Below the pieces are notes generated by a model, which was given only the letters and a program-made list of their open reading frames with translations, had not been told where the DNA came from and ran no database searches. From positions 64,001 to 128,000 of IMG/VR virus record IMGVR_UViG_3300027788_001769: 64,000 bases of DNA. The stretch is one strand, 5' to 3'. Positions 8,906 to 19,878 of this stretch are shown here, piece after piece (positions within the stretch are counted from its first letter, which is position 1; every line of letters begins with the position of its first letter). The stretch comes from a virus. Both the position numbers and the translations under genes were made by a program.

Positions 8906-9982
8906 ATGAAAACAGTAGTAACAGTAACAGGTATTAGGCCAGACTTTATTAGAATGTCTGAAATTTTTAAAAAATTAGATAAAGAATTTAATCACATTTT
9001 AATACATACTGGGCAACATTACGATGATTTATTGTCTGGTATATTTTTTGATGAGTTAGAGATAAGGAAACCGGACTATAACTTAACCATAGGTGGTCCA
9101 GGTAAGGAACACTTCCACCAGACAGCTGACCTTTCTGTTAGTCTTATAGAATTATTTAGAGAAAAGAAAATCAACCCATCTATTATATTATTTTTAGGTG
9201 ATTCTAACTCAGTGGTTTCTGCAGTTGCCCTTAAAAAAGAGGGATATAAGATTGGACATATAGAGGCTGGAATGCGTTCAGGAGATAAGAGAATGTTAGA
9301 AGAGGTAAATAGAATGGTCTGTGATACTTGTAGTGATTTATTATTTGTTTACCACGAAAACTACAGAAAAAAATTAGAGAAAGAAAATATTATAGATGGA
9401 GTACACGTTGTTGGGAACACTATTGTAGAAGTAGCAAACAAACTTATTAAAAATAATAAGAATTTTACAATAAGACCCACTAATAACCACATCATCCTAG
9501 ATGTTCACCGACCAGAAAACTTCAACTACCCTCATAGACTAAAGAACGTAATTGAGTTTACTAAATGGATAAGTTCTGTTTATAGATTACCAGTTATTAT
9601 GTTAGAATTTGGTAGGGCCAAAAATAAAATAGAGGAGTTTGGTATAGATTTGGGTGACATAGAGGTAGTTCCTTTAATGTCCTATAAAGATTATATGAGT
9701 TCAGTTTATAATTCTAAATTCATTATTTCTGATTCTGGAACCGCACAAGAGGAACCTGCTATTTTAGGCACTCCTGTATTGGTTCCTAGAGGTTATACTG
9801 AAAGACCAGAATCAGTAGAATATAATTGTTCTATGATGATTGATGTGGAAGAGTCTTGGGGTGAGGATTGGTATGACAGTCTGAAATGGTTACAACACGA
9901 AACTAAACACATTGATGATGCTTGGCTTGGGGACGGGACAACGTCGACTAAAATAATAGAGACACTTAAGAATTCACTTTAA
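8906..9982 (+). CDS. wecB: UDP-N-acetylglucosamine 2-epimerase, non-hydrolysing (WecB/WbjD-like)
   Basis: GIRPDFI, HTGQHYD, GDSNS, HIEAGMRS, EEVNR, HRPEN, SDSGTAQEE, TERPE. Confidence 0.9.
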   Translation: MKTVVTVTGIRPDFIRMSEIFKKLDKEFNHILIHTGQHYDDLLSGIFFDELEIRKPDYNLTIGGPGKEHFHQTADLSVSLIELFREKKINPSIILFLGDSNSVVSAVALKKEGYKIGHIEAGMRSGDKRMLEEVNRMVCDTCSDLLFVYHENYRKKLEKENIIDGVHVVGNTIVEVANKLIKNNKNFTIRPTNNHIILDVHRPENFNYPHRLKNVIEFTKWISSVYRLPVIMLEFGRAKNKIEEFGIDLGDIEVVPLMSYKDYMSSVYNSKFIISDSGTAQEEPAILGTPVLVPRGYTERPESVEYNCSMMIDVEESWGEDWYDSLKWLQHETKHIDDAWLGDGTTSTKIIETLKNSL

Positions 9983-10794
9983 TGAAAAAATTATCCATAG
10001 TAACAGCATACTACAATAGAAAGGAATTGTTTATTAGGACTTTAAAAACAATTAACAATTCTAAGTACGCTAAGGATATTGAAGTTATAGTTGTAGATGA
10101 CGGTTCTAGGGAGGAGGAACGATTAGAGGACTTATTAGGTACCTTTAATTTTGATTTTAAAGTTATTCGACTTAACCCTGAGAATAAATGGTACTATAAC
10201 CCTTCAGTTCCTTTTAATGTAGGGATTAAAGCAGCTACTGGTAAATTAACCATGTTACAAAATCCAGAATGTTTACATGTTGGGGATTTAGTCAGTACTG
10301 CTATAGAAAATATTAAAGATAGTGACTATTTTTCTTTTGGGTGTTATTCGTTAACTGAAGACATAACAGAAAGATTTGGTACGATAAATTTTAACTCTGA
10401 TAAATGGTTAGAAAAAATTAATTTGTGTTTAACTCCAATTAAACAGGGACCAGTAGAATGTGATGGGTGTGATGGGTGGTACAACCATAGTAGGTTTAGA
10501 CCTGTAGCTTACCACTTTTGTTCGGTGATACCAACAAAACACATACAAGAAATGGGTGGATTTGATGAAAGATACGCTAAAGGTATAGCGTTTGATGATA
10601 ATGAAATATTACTAAGGATTAGAAGAAAGGGTTTAACTGTTAATGTGGTAGATTCTCCTTTCGTAGTTCACCAACATCACTATAGTGAGTTTAATTGGGC
10701 TGGTGTTAACAATACCCAAGAATTACTAGACAAAAATAAAAAACTTTTTAACGAGGTAACTTTAAAAGAGACTGGTTGGAAAATAGTTAACTAA
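9982..10794 (+). CDS. glycosyltransferase family 2
   Basis: SIVTAYYNR, VIVVDDGS, GGFDERY..G.AFDD. Confidence 0.85.
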   Translation: MKKLSIVTAYYNRKELFIRTLKTINNSKYAKDIEVIVVDDGSREEERLEDLLGTFNFDFKVIRLNPENKWYYNPSVPFNVGIKAATGKLTMLQNPECLHVGDLVSTAIENIKDSDYFSFGCYSLTEDITERFGTINFNSDKWLEKINLCLTPIKQGPVECDGCDGWYNHSRFRPVAYHFCSVIPTKHIQEMGGFDERYAKGIAFDDNEILLRIRRKGLTVNVVDSPFVVHQHHYSEFNWAGVNNTQELLDKNKKLFNEVTLKETGWKIVN

Positions 10795-10841
10795 GCATTT
10801 AAAAAGTGTTTTATTGTAACTATAATTAACAAAAACAAAAT

Positions 10842-11633
10842 ATGAAAATAATAGCTTTTACACAATTAAGAAATGAATTAACAAAAGGTAATTTAGAAAA
10901 CTGGTTTAAATGTACCGAACCTTGTGATTATAGATATATATTTGACCAAGACTCCACTGATGGGAGTAAAGAATATTATAAAAAATTCGACAATACAGTG
11001 GTTATAGAATCACCAACGAATAGATTTAAAGAAGAACTAATCTGCAAACAAGAATTAATGGATAAACTTTTAATCGAACACCCTGACGTGGATTGGGTTT
11101 TATGGTTAGATGGTGACCTACTTTTAGATGGTAGATTATTAGATAATAACGGACAAAACTTACGTGGGTTATGTGATGCTGGAATGCAACAAGGAATTGA
11201 GGCTTTTTTCTTTGGTCATTATAATTTATGGAGAAGTGATATCCACTATAGGTTAGACGAAGGTTACCATGGGTTACATGGCCAATGGTGTCCGTTATGG
11301 AGAAACACTGGTAGATTAAAGTTTGATTGTACCCCTGGATTACACAAACCACAATATCCGTTAACATTTAGAAAAGTTGCGAATTCAGGGTTTAATGTAG
11401 TACATAGAGGTTTTGCGACTGATTCACAAATTATAACAAAATACGACACCTATAAAGGTTTTGGTCAAAAAGGTTGGGACTTAGATAGGTTGTTAGATGA
11501 AAAAACTTTAGATGTTACTCCACTAGAGGACGGTATATTGCCTTCTTGGTTTAATAAAACAGACATTGTGGACCCTAGAGAAAAGAAAAAAATAATAAAA
11601 CTTTATGAAGAAAAACAAAAAACAAATGACTAA
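10842..11633 (+). CDS. putative GT2-like glycosyltransferase
   Basis: [21 protein letters not shown]. Confidence 0.7.
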   Translation: MKIIAFTQLRNELTKGNLENWFKCTEPCDYRYIFDQDSTDGSKEYYKKFDNTVVIESPTNRFKEELICKQELMDKLLIEHPDVDWVLWLDGDLLLDGRLLDNNGQNLRGLCDAGMQQGIEAFFFGHYNLWRSDIHYRLDEGYHGLHGQWCPLWRNTGRLKFDCTPGLHKPQYPLTFRKVANSGFNVVHRGFATDSQIITKYDTYKGFGQKGWDLDRLLDEKTLDVTPLEDGILPSWFNKTDIVDPREKKKIIKLYEEKQKTND

Positions 11634-12591
11634 AAAAAGAGCTTTAATAACGGGAATTAGTGGGATGGATGGTAGTCATTTAGCTGATTTTTTACTGGAA
11701 AAAGGATATGAAGTATTTGGGGTTGAGAGAAGAGCTTCAACTAAAAATGTTAGAAACACGTCACACATACTAGATAAAGTTAATTTTTTAATGGGTGACT
11801 TATCGGACCAAAATTCACTTTTGAGATGTCTGAATGAATCCCAACCTGACGAAGTATATAATTTAGCGGCTCAATCATTTGTAGGTGAGAGTTGGAATAC
11901 TCCGGAACAAACAAGTGAGGTCACTGGTCTAGGTGTGTTAAGGATGTTAGAGGCGATAAGAATGTACGATAAACCAGTTAAATTTTATCAAGCTAGTAGT
12001 TCAGAAATGTTTGGTAGGATGTCTGAAAATCCAGCTACAGAAAATACCCCTTTCTACCCTAGAAGTCCTTATGGTGTTGCAAAATTATATGGTCATTGGA
12101 TAACTAAAAACTATAGAGAATCATACGATATGTTTAATTGTAGTGGAATTCTTTTTAACCACGAAAGTGAAAGAAGAGGGCATGAATTTGTAACTAGAAA
12201 AATAACTGATGGTGTTGCAAAAATTAAACTGGGATTAGCAGATAAAATAACCTTAGGTAATTTAGACTCATTAAGGGACTGGGGTTACGCTCCTGATTAT
12301 GTTGAGGCTATGTGGTTAATGATGCAACAAGAAACTCCAGATGATTATGTTATTGCAACTGGTGAATCTTATTCTATTAGAGAATTTTTAGATGTGGCTT
12401 TTAAACATATTGGAATTAATGATTGGAGTAAGTATGTAGACCAAGACCCTAGATTTATGAGACCAGCAGAAGTAGATTATTTAAAAGGTGACTCTACTAA
12501 AGCCGAGAATGAATTAGGTTGGAGAAGAAAAACTAGTTTTAAAGAATTAGTTATTAAAATGGTGGATAATGATTTAAATCTTTTAAAATGA
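11626..12591 (+). CDS. gmd: GDP-mannose 4,6-dehydratase
   Basis: [63 protein letters not shown]. Confidence 0.95.
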   Translation: MTKKRALITGISGMDGSHLADFLLEKGYEVFGVERRASTKNVRNTSHILDKVNFLMGDLSDQNSLLRCLNESQPDEVYNLAAQSFVGESWNTPEQTSEVTGLGVLRMLEAIRMYDKPVKFYQASSSEMFGRMSENPATENTPFYPRSPYGVAKLYGHWITKNYRESYDMFNCSGILFNHESERRGHEFVTRKITDGVAKIKLGLADKITLGNLDSLRDWGYAPDYVEAMWLMMQQETPDDYVIATGESYSIREFLDVAFKHIGINDWSKYVDQDPRFMRPAEVDYLKGDSTKAENELGWRRKTSFKELVIKMVDNDLNLLK

Positions 12592-13475
12592 AAATAAACA
12601 TTGTAACCGTAACTAGTGGTTGGATTCTACAAAAAATATCTGAAAGGACAGCTAAAGCTTGTAATGAAAGTATAGATGGGTATACCATGACTGTATCTCA
12701 TGAGGCTGACCCAGATGCTGATGTAAATTATTATGCGGACTTACAAAATTGTTATCACGGACAAAAAACAAAAATGGATATAGCGTATTTTACTCACGCT
12801 GATATGCACAGTAAGGATTGGTTACATAACCTTCTTACGACTACAAATTCCTACAAAAATTTAGATGGTATTGTTAGTATGAATAAAAGATATACAGACA
12901 TGTTAACTTCTATGGGTTGGAGTGAGGACCACATAGACACCATTACTCCTGGTGAGACAAAAGATATGTTTCCTTTAAAGAAAATAAAAATAGGTGTTGT
13001 GTCTAGAGGTGGTTACCCTGGATACGGACAACAATTTATGGAAAAGATGTTAGAAACCTACAACTTTGACAACTTTAAATTAAGGTTTTTAGGTAATGGG
13101 TGGGATAATTTAAAACCTATAGCTACAAAAAATAATATTGATTTGAAGTTAACTGGGGATGCTGACTACAGTGTGTACCCAAATTTTTATCAAGAAATAG
13201 ATTACTTGTTAATACCTGGATTATGGACTGCTGGACCAATATCCTTTCAAGAATCTTTAAGTACTGGTACTCCAGTGATTTCAGCTGACGTTGGGTTTGC
13301 CGGGTATGAGTTAGAGCCAGACCATATCTTCCCAGCAAACGACGTTAATGCTTTATCTAAAATTTTAGATAAAGTACAAGAACCTCTATTAAAAAGAAGA
13401 GGACAAGTAGAGAACATGACTTGGTTGAACTACGCAACTGATTTAATAAAATTTATAAATAAAATAAAAAAATGA
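12588..13475 (+). CDS. glycosyltransferase GT4-like
   Basis: C-terminal GT-B signature [10 protein letters not shown]...[21 protein letters not shown]. Confidence 0.7.
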   Translation: MKINIVTVTSGWILQKISERTAKACNESIDGYTMTVSHEADPDADVNYYADLQNCYHGQKTKMDIAYFTHADMHSKDWLHNLLTTTNSYKNLDGIVSMNKRYTDMLTSMGWSEDHIDTITPGETKDMFPLKKIKIGVVSRGGYPGYGQQFMEKMLETYNFDNFKLRFLGNGWDNLKPIATKNNIDLKLTGDADYSVYPNFYQEIDYLLIPGLWTAGPISFQESLSTGTPVISADVGFAGYELEPDHIFPANDVNALSKILDKVQEPLLKRRGQVENMTWLNYATDLIKFINKIKK

Positions 13476-14623
13476 TTTATCTAACTAACGATACAATAGA
13501 CAATAAAGATATTGATTCTTTAATTGAGTGGTTAAAGACTTACCCACGATTAACAAAAGGACCTTTAACAAAAGAGTTCGAAGAAAAATGGTCTAAATGG
13601 TTAGGAACCAAATATTCAGTATATTGTAATTCTGGTTCCTCAGCTAATTTACTAATGTTATACGCACTAATACGCTCTAACACTTTAAAAAATAAAAAAG
13701 TGGTTATTCCTGGGTTATGTTGGGCTACTGACTTAGCACCTGCATTACAGCTTGAGTTTGAACCATTACTTTGTGATGTTTCATTAGATAATTTAGCTGT
13801 TGATGTTGATGAATTGGAAAAAATATTTAAGAAGGAGTCACCATCTGTGTTCCTATGTGTGTCAATACTAGGGTTTTCACCTGATTTAAAGACAATTAAA
13901 GAGCTTTGTGAAAAATATGATGTGATACTACTAGAAGATAATTGTGAGTCTTTAGGTACTGAGTTTGATGGGGTTAAGATTGGGAACTTCGGTTTGATGT
14001 CCTCTTATTCTATGTATTTTGGTCACCACATATCAACGATAGAAGGTGGTATGGTATGTACTGACGATAAAGAAATATATGACATACTTTTAAGTATTAG
14101 AAGTCATGGTTGGGATAGAGATTGGGATAAACAAAAACAGGAGGAGGTTAGAGAACAACATAACGTTACGGACTTTAACTCATTATATACATTTTACCAC
14201 CCAGGATTTAATCTAAGAGCTACTGACCTACAGGCGTACCTAGGTTTAGGTCAATTAGATAAATTAGATTACATTTGTAAAAAAAGAGAGGAAAACTTCC
14301 AAAAATTCCAGGAAGGAATAAAGAATGATTTTTGGAAACCTAACCCTCTGGATAACACATTTACTTCTAGTTTTTGTTACCCTGTAATACATCCTAAACG
14401 AAATGAGATTATCGAAGCTTTGATTGAAAACGAAATTGAGGTTCGTCCTTTAGTTTGTGGAACAATGGGTAAACAACCGTTTTATACTGAAAATTTTGGT
14501 ATTACGGAACTAGCCAATTGTGACGTTATTGACAGACATGGGTTATACGTTCCAAACAACCCTAGTTTAACGGATGATGAAATACAATTAATAATAGACA
14601 CAATTAATAAAGTTATAAAATAA
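13472..14623 (+). CDS. PLP-dependent GDP-4-keto-6-deoxymannose 3-dehydratase (ColD-like, DegT/DnrJ family)
   Basis: NSGSSANLL, LLEDNCESLG, SMYFGHHISTIEGG (His at the usual PLP-Lys position), RSHGWDRD; lacks the Fe-S Cys cluster of RfbH/E1. Confidence 0.8.
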   Translation: MIYLTNDTIDNKDIDSLIEWLKTYPRLTKGPLTKEFEEKWSKWLGTKYSVYCNSGSSANLLMLYALIRSNTLKNKKVVIPGLCWATDLAPALQLEFEPLLCDVSLDNLAVDVDELEKIFKKESPSVFLCVSILGFSPDLKTIKELCEKYDVILLEDNCESLGTEFDGVKIGNFGLMSSYSMYFGHHISTIEGGMVCTDDKEIYDILLSIRSHGWDRDWDKQKQEEVREQHNVTDFNSLYTFYHPGFNLRATDLQAYLGLGQLDKLDYICKKREENFQKFQEGIKNDFWKPNPLDNTFTSSFCYPVIHPKRNEIIEALIENEIEVRPLVCGTMGKQPFYTENFGITELANCDVIDRHGLYVPNNPSLTDDEIQLIIDTINKVIK

Positions 14624-15438
14624 TGAAATTCACTTACTATACAATTATAGGTAAAGACCTAGGACTACTACAAGGCCACATAAATAATATAAAAACTTAC
14701 GCTGGTTTTGATAAATTAGAGTGTGAAAAAGAACTAATCGTTATAATATATAGGAACAGTAAAATCCCTGAAAAAATAACACAATCCTTATTAAACTATT
14801 GTAAAGACCAAAATATTCGTACTGAGATATATGACGAACCTACTGACGTTTTTATTGAGAATCTTTATGCTTGTTGGAATTTAGGGTATCAAATTTCTGA
14901 CGAGGGATATGTTTTTAGAGGTGGTTCAGACCAAGTGTTTTCTAGAGATAGTTTTGTGTCCCTTTATAATGAGGCGGAAAATCTAAGAAAAGAAAATAAA
15001 AGTAAATTTATATTACAAGCCAATACAATCGAGAACGCTACTAGACTCAGACAAATAGGTGCTATTAGTAGACACTTTGCTTTAGATTTAGGTGCTACTT
15101 TTCATGAATTTAATTACGGTGGATTTGAGGATTTTTGTAATAGAATGAATACAGGTATTGCGGAAAACATATTAACAATAGAGGATTGTCTTAAGTACTG
15201 GGGAAAACCAACAAAATTAAACACGTCACTAGGTAACATTGACAGGACTGATGGTTGTTCTTGGTTAATGACCAAACAGGATTGGGTTGACCATGGCCCT
15301 TTACCACATATAGAAAATTGGATAACTGGTGATGTTGTAATACACGATAGAATGCAAACAGCTGGTTATGAAAATTATTTAGTTAAGGATTGCATAACTT
15401 ACCACTTTGTAAGGGGAGAAAGTATAGACGTACAGTAA
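14623..15438 (+). CDS. putative glycosyltransferase-like protein
   Basis: WNLG...YVFRGGSDQVF, GDVV, YHFVRGE resemble a degenerate GT-A fold; operon context. Confidence 0.5.
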   Translation: MKFTYYTIIGKDLGLLQGHINNIKTYAGFDKLECEKELIVIIYRNSKIPEKITQSLLNYCKDQNIRTEIYDEPTDVFIENLYACWNLGYQISDEGYVFRGGSDQVFSRDSFVSLYNEAENLRKENKSKFILQANTIENATRLRQIGAISRHFALDLGATFHEFNYGGFEDFCNRMNTGIAENILTIEDCLKYWGKPTKLNTSLGNIDRTDGCSWLMTKQDWVDHGPLPHIENWITGDVVIHDRMQTAGYENYLVKDCITYHFVRGESIDVQ

Positions 15439-16178
15439 TGGATTTTACAATAACTTTCCCATGTAGAAATAGAGTTAAAATGGCAAATAAGGCCATACAA
15501 ACTTTTTTAGAAAGTTGTGATTACACAATATTAATTATAGACGACAATAGTGATTCACCTGACGATGAATACATTAAATCCGATAGAGTTAAAGTGATTT
15601 ACAATAAGTACAAAAGTGGTTTAGTTAGTATGTGGAATCAGGCATTAAGAGAAATAGATACGGAATATGTCATTATTGGTTGTGATAAAATTAGAGTCAC
15701 AAATAACGACATATTAAGGATTGAAAATAAGTTGAAAGAGGGTTATTCTTGTGTTGCTACTTACTTACTAGGTATTTTTGGTTTTAGTAAGGAACTAACT
15801 ACTAGGGTTGGGTTTTTTGATGAGGGGTATGAAGTTAACGGGTTTGAGGACACTGATTGGATGAACAAACTTTTTATTAATAATTTATCCTTATATGTGA
15901 GTACGGAAACAGAATACCTAAATACTGGAACGAGTTGGGGTCCGGCGAACATGAAAAACTCCCAATATTACAGGAGTAAGTGGAACGAAGATTTTGGTAA
16001 CAACCAAATAATACAATTAAAAAAAGATATTAACTATAATGACATTAATATCTTTAAAGGACAATATGAAAATAAAAATTATTTAGATTGGTCTAGTAGT
16101 GAATTAAAAGCAGAAAACATAAACAATTATTACAATAATAAAAAAGGAGTAAAAAATATTTTAAATGGAAATTTATAA
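15438..16178 (+). CDS. glycosyltransferase family 2
   Basis: TFPCRNR, IIDDNSD, WNQAL, VGFFDEGY...GFEDTD; start ATG overlaps the previous stop (TAATG). Confidence 0.8.
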   Translation: MDFTITFPCRNRVKMANKAIQTFLESCDYTILIIDDNSDSPDDEYIKSDRVKVIYNKYKSGLVSMWNQALREIDTEYVIIGCDKIRVTNNDILRIENKLKEGYSCVATYLLGIFGFSKELTTRVGFFDEGYEVNGFEDTDWMNKLFINNLSLYVSTETEYLNTGTSWGPANMKNSQYYRSKWNEDFGNNQIIQLKKDINYNDINIFKGQYENKNYLDWSSSELKAENINNYYNNKKGVKNILNGNL

Positions 16179-17412
16179 AGTTAGAAAAAAATGTGCTGTG
16201 TGTGATAACACAGAGTTAAAATCAATTATGGAATACGGTTTAGTTCCATTAGCTGGAGATTTTCCAGCAAAATCAGAAATAGACAACGATAGGAAATTTA
16301 ATCTTAATGTTCAATTTTGTGAAAAGTGTACACTATTACAAACAGATAGTATTATTGATGCAGATGCATTATTTAAAGATTACCGTTATATGTCTTCTAT
16401 TGGGTTAAGTGGTCACTTTACAAGTGTAGCTAAATTGATTAAAGAACGGTTTAACCCAAGTAAAGTATTGGAGATAGGGTCTAACGATGGTGTCTTACTA
16501 AAACCTCTAAAAGATTTAGGAATAGATTGTTTAGGTATGGAACCAGCTGTTAACATCTCCCAAGTCGCTAAAGATAAAGGGTGTAACGTTATTAACGATT
16601 ATTTTAATGAAAAAGCTGTAGACAAGTACGATTTAGAGTCTAAGTTTGATGTCGCTGTTTCTAATAATTGTTTTGCTCATATAGATGACATAAAATCAAT
16701 TGTTAAAGGAGTTAAGAAAGCTTTAAAACCAGGTGGTAAATTTATTGTGGAGGTACACTACGTTAAAAACTTAATAGAACAACTTCAGTACGATAACATT
16801 TACCATGAACACTTATACTACTACTCTTTAACTGCATTAAATAATTTATTTAATCAGTTTGATATGACTATAATTGATTTTGATGAAATACCTATCCATT
16901 CAGGTAGTATTAGGGTTGTGGTTGAGAATAGTTTTACAGCTCACCCAGTAAAAGTGATTAAGAGATTGGATGACGAAAAAGAATGGGGTATAACATCTAT
17001 AGATTGGTTAAATAATTTTGGTGACGATGTTAGAAAACATATTTCAGTTATAAAAGAAACTTTATCACAATTAAAAAGTGAAGGACATAAAATATGTGGT
17101 TATGGTGCGTCTGGTAGAGCAAACATGATTTGTAATTTAGCTGACATAACACCAGATATTGTAGATTACATTGTGGATGAATCCCCAGAAAGAGCAGGAA
17201 GGTTAATTGCTGGTACACACGTACCCATCGTAAATAAAGAACATTTAGACAACGATAAAGTAAAACCTGACTACATTATGATTTTTGCCTGGAATTTTTC
17301 TAAGATGATAATAGATAAACTGGAGGGTAATGGTTACAAGTACATTATCGCTTTCCCAACTATGAAAGTAGTAGAAGGATATGAGGAATTAGAAGATTTT
17401 ATTAGTATATAA
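16165..17412 (+). CDS. NDP-hexose C-methyltransferase (TcaB9/NovU-like, SAM-dependent, Zn-binding)
   Basis: CAVC...CEKC, LEIGSNDG, NCFAHI, YDNIYHEH..YYS, IHSGSIR, GYGASGR, IFAWNF. Confidence 0.88.
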   Translation: MEIYKVRKKCAVCDNTELKSIMEYGLVPLAGDFPAKSEIDNDRKFNLNVQFCEKCTLLQTDSIIDADALFKDYRYMSSIGLSGHFTSVAKLIKERFNPSKVLEIGSNDGVLLKPLKDLGIDCLGMEPAVNISQVAKDKGCNVINDYFNEKAVDKYDLESKFDVAVSNNCFAHIDDIKSIVKGVKKALKPGGKFIVEVHYVKNLIEQLQYDNIYHEHLYYYSLTALNNLFNQFDMTIIDFDEIPIHSGSIRVVVENSFTAHPVKVIKRLDDEKEWGITSIDWLNNFGDDVRKHISVIKETLSQLKSEGHKICGYGASGRANMICNLADITPDIVDYIVDESPERAGRLIAGTHVPIVNKEHLDNDKVKPDYIMIFAWNFSKMIIDKLEGNGYKYIIAFPTMKVVEGYEELEDFISI

Positions 17413-18185
17413 TGGATGTTACAGCGTACATAATGGGTATCTCACCACCACAAAGATTATTGTGGTTAAAAAATACAATAGATTACTTGGATTCCCAAGA
17501 ATTCCCATTTAAGAAAAAAATAGTGTCTATAGACGAAATTAATAATCATAAAGTACAAGAAGATTTAATTAAGTACTTTGAGGATAAGGGATGGGATGTG
17601 CTAATTGATTCACATAAAAGTAGAATATTAAGTATGGACCGAGCATTCAAACTTATAGACACCGAACTAATGTTTTATAACGAAGACGATGTAATGGCAA
17701 AAATGCCTAAATATAAAGATGTAAAAAATGTATTTGAAAACAGAATAAACGGAAGAGAGTGTGGGATGTTATCTATGACATTAGGTGGTACACAATATGA
17801 TGCAGCGTCTGGTAATATAGGAGATTTAAAATATATGGAAGAAAACACAATTCTTGTAAATGAAGAATATAGAATTTTTCGTAGGATGGAAGAATTTAAA
17901 AATCCTTGGTTCTTTGAGTTCCCTGGTCTATTCGTAAAAACAGACTTGTTTAAAGATTGTCATAATAAGACTAAGGGAAGAAATATGCAAATTGAGCAAG
18001 GATTAACGATGTCCTATTTAATGAGTCAATATGATAAAAAATATTTTAAAGCTTCTGTCGCAAAGAAAAATGCTTTACATACACTGTTAAAGGATGGTGC
18101 CAAAGTAAATAGCCATTGTAGATTATTAACTAACTTAGACCCGGACCAAGGAAATAGTCCTTTAGGTGGAAATCATTATTATTAG
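17412..18185 (+). CDS. putative glycosyltransferase-like protein
   Basis: FYNEDDV resembles a GT-A DxD-type motif; operon context. Confidence 0.45.
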   Translation: MDVTAYIMGISPPQRLLWLKNTIDYLDSQEFPFKKKIVSIDEINNHKVQEDLIKYFEDKGWDVLIDSHKSRILSMDRAFKLIDTELMFYNEDDVMAKMPKYKDVKNVFENRINGRECGMLSMTLGGTQYDAASGNIGDLKYMEENTILVNEEYRIFRRMEEFKNPWFFEFPGLFVKTDLFKDCHNKTKGRNMQIEQGLTMSYLMSQYDKKYFKASVAKKNALHTLLKDGAKVNSHCRLLTNLDPDQGNSPLGGNHYY

Positions 18186-18187
18186 AT

Positions 18188-19006
18188 ATGAAGGAGATTT
18201 TAGAAGATAAGTTTGATTTAAAGTTTAATGGTAAAATAAATCCGTTTAAGTACTTTTTCGGTCATGTGATTAGTACTATAGAAACTGAAGATTCTTTAGA
18301 CAAGTACGCGAAACATAATTTTAATGGAATGCACTCCATGTCTAATCCAGGTAAAGCTAGACACACAATAGGGTTGTTAAATGAATTAAATTATAAAGGA
18401 AAAAAACATATTGACATTGGAGCTAGTAGAGGAGTTTTGGTTAAGCTTTTACAAAATGAAGGATATGAAAGTTATGGTTTAGACGGGTGTAGATATGGTT
18501 TAGATAAGAAAAACGGGTTAGACATTTCTATGGAAAATTATGTTGTTTGTGACATAACTAAATTTGATTTTAGAGTGTTAGATTTAAAAAAATACTTTGA
18601 TGTGTCTACTGCTTTTGAGATTACAGAACACATACACGAAAAAGACATTAAAACTTTTTACGATAATGTTTCCTACATCTCTAAAGAACACATATGTTCT
18701 ATCCATACTGGTGGAGTAGACTCAACTATGGGACATACTACTAACCACCATAATGTTAAATCTACTGAATGGTGGTTGGAGTTTTTGTCTAATTACGGGA
18801 CCGTGGAATTAGTTCCTGAGTTTAACAAACCTATACCAGCGGATATTAAAATTTCAGAAGGCACACAGTCAACTGAAGAACGTATTATGAAAACTTATAG
18901 GGATTTACTTGCGAAACATGGAATACCAGAAATGGCGGCTGGACAAGTTATGATGGGAGCTGGTGTATGGGGTGAATCAGAATTTGTTAAAGTAGTATTT
19001 AAATAA
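18188..19006 (+). CDS. class I SAM-dependent methyltransferase
   Basis: HIDIGASRG, YGLDG, FDVSTAFEITEHI, HHNVKSTEWW. Confidence 0.8.
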   Translation: MKEILEDKFDLKFNGKINPFKYFFGHVISTIETEDSLDKYAKHNFNGMHSMSNPGKARHTIGLLNELNYKGKKHIDIGASRGVLVKLLQNEGYESYGLDGCRYGLDKKNGLDISMENYVVCDITKFDFRVLDLKKYFDVSTAFEITEHIHEKDIKTFYDNVSYISKEHICSIHTGGVDSTMGHTTNHHNVKSTEWWLEFLSNYGTVELVPEFNKPIPADIKISEGTQSTEERIMKTYRDLLAKHGIPEMAAGQVMMGAGVWGESEFVKVVFK

Positions 19007-19082
19007 CATAAACATTTTCGTATCATAAAGTTAGTATAAGTTACTATAAAGTGATAAGAATAAAAAATAAATAAATTAAGAA

Positions 19083-19874
19083 ATGAAAATAGGAATTATA
19101 GGTGTAGGAATTATAGGTGGAGCGTGTAAGTATGGTTTTGAAAAATTAGGACATAAAGTAATTTGTCATGACATAGCATTAGATACTAACATTGAGGATG
19201 TTTTAGATACACAGATTACTTACATTTGTGTACCTACCCCTTCAGATGAAGATGGGTCTTGTAACACCTCTATTGTTGAAAGTGTGGTGCATGAATTACA
19301 CGGGTTAGGGTATTCTGGTATAGTAGCCATTAAATCTACAGTTAAACCTACCACAACAGAAAAATTAATAAAAGAAACTGGTATGGAAATTTGTTTTGTA
19401 CCTGAATTCTTAAGAGAAAGATGTTCTATTTCAGATTTTACTGAAAACCATGACTTATTGGCTATAGGGACCTATTCACAGACAACTTATGAAATGGTAA
19501 AGTTATGTCATGGTAATTACCCCAAAAACCATTCACACCTAACACCAACAGAGGCAGAACTTCTAAAATATTATTCAAATGTAATTAACGCGTTAAAGGT
19601 TGTTTTTGCAAATGAAATGTATGAAATTTGTAAAACTGTAGGGGCAGATTACACACAAATAAAAGAAACATTTATTAAACGAGGCACAACAAAAGACTTG
19701 TATTTAGATGTTAACGATAACTTTAGGGGATACGCTGGTATGTGTTTACCTAAGGACACTAAAGCTCTAGATTCTTTTGTTAAAGAATTGGGGTTGGACT
19801 TAAAACTTTTTGAAACTATGGAAAGTGAAAATAATAAATTTAAAAAGACCGTTTTTAGCGGCATGAGACTTTAA
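19083..19874 (+). CDS. UDP-glucose/GDP-mannose 6-dehydrogenase family, lacking the C-terminal domain
   Basis: GVGIIG, ICVPTP, KSTV, PEFLRE, AELLKY..N, GYAGMCLPKDT; only 263 aa. Confidence 0.85.
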   Translation: MKIGIIGVGIIGGACKYGFEKLGHKVICHDIALDTNIEDVLDTQITYICVPTPSDEDGSCNTSIVESVVHELHGLGYSGIVAIKSTVKPTTTEKLIKETGMEICFVPEFLRERCSISDFTENHDLLAIGTYSQTTYEMVKLCHGNYPKNHSHLTPTEAELLKYYSNVINALKVVFANEMYEICKTVGADYTQIKETFIKRGTTKDLYLDVNDNFRGYAGMCLPKDTKALDSFVKELGLDLKLFETMESENNKFKKTVFSGMRL

Positions 19875-19878
19875 AACT

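Noticed and set aside
13472-14623. Perosamine synthase (Per) or RfbH/E1 assignment
   Set aside because: It lacks the catalytic Lys of aminotransferases and the Cys-rich Fe-S motif of RfbH
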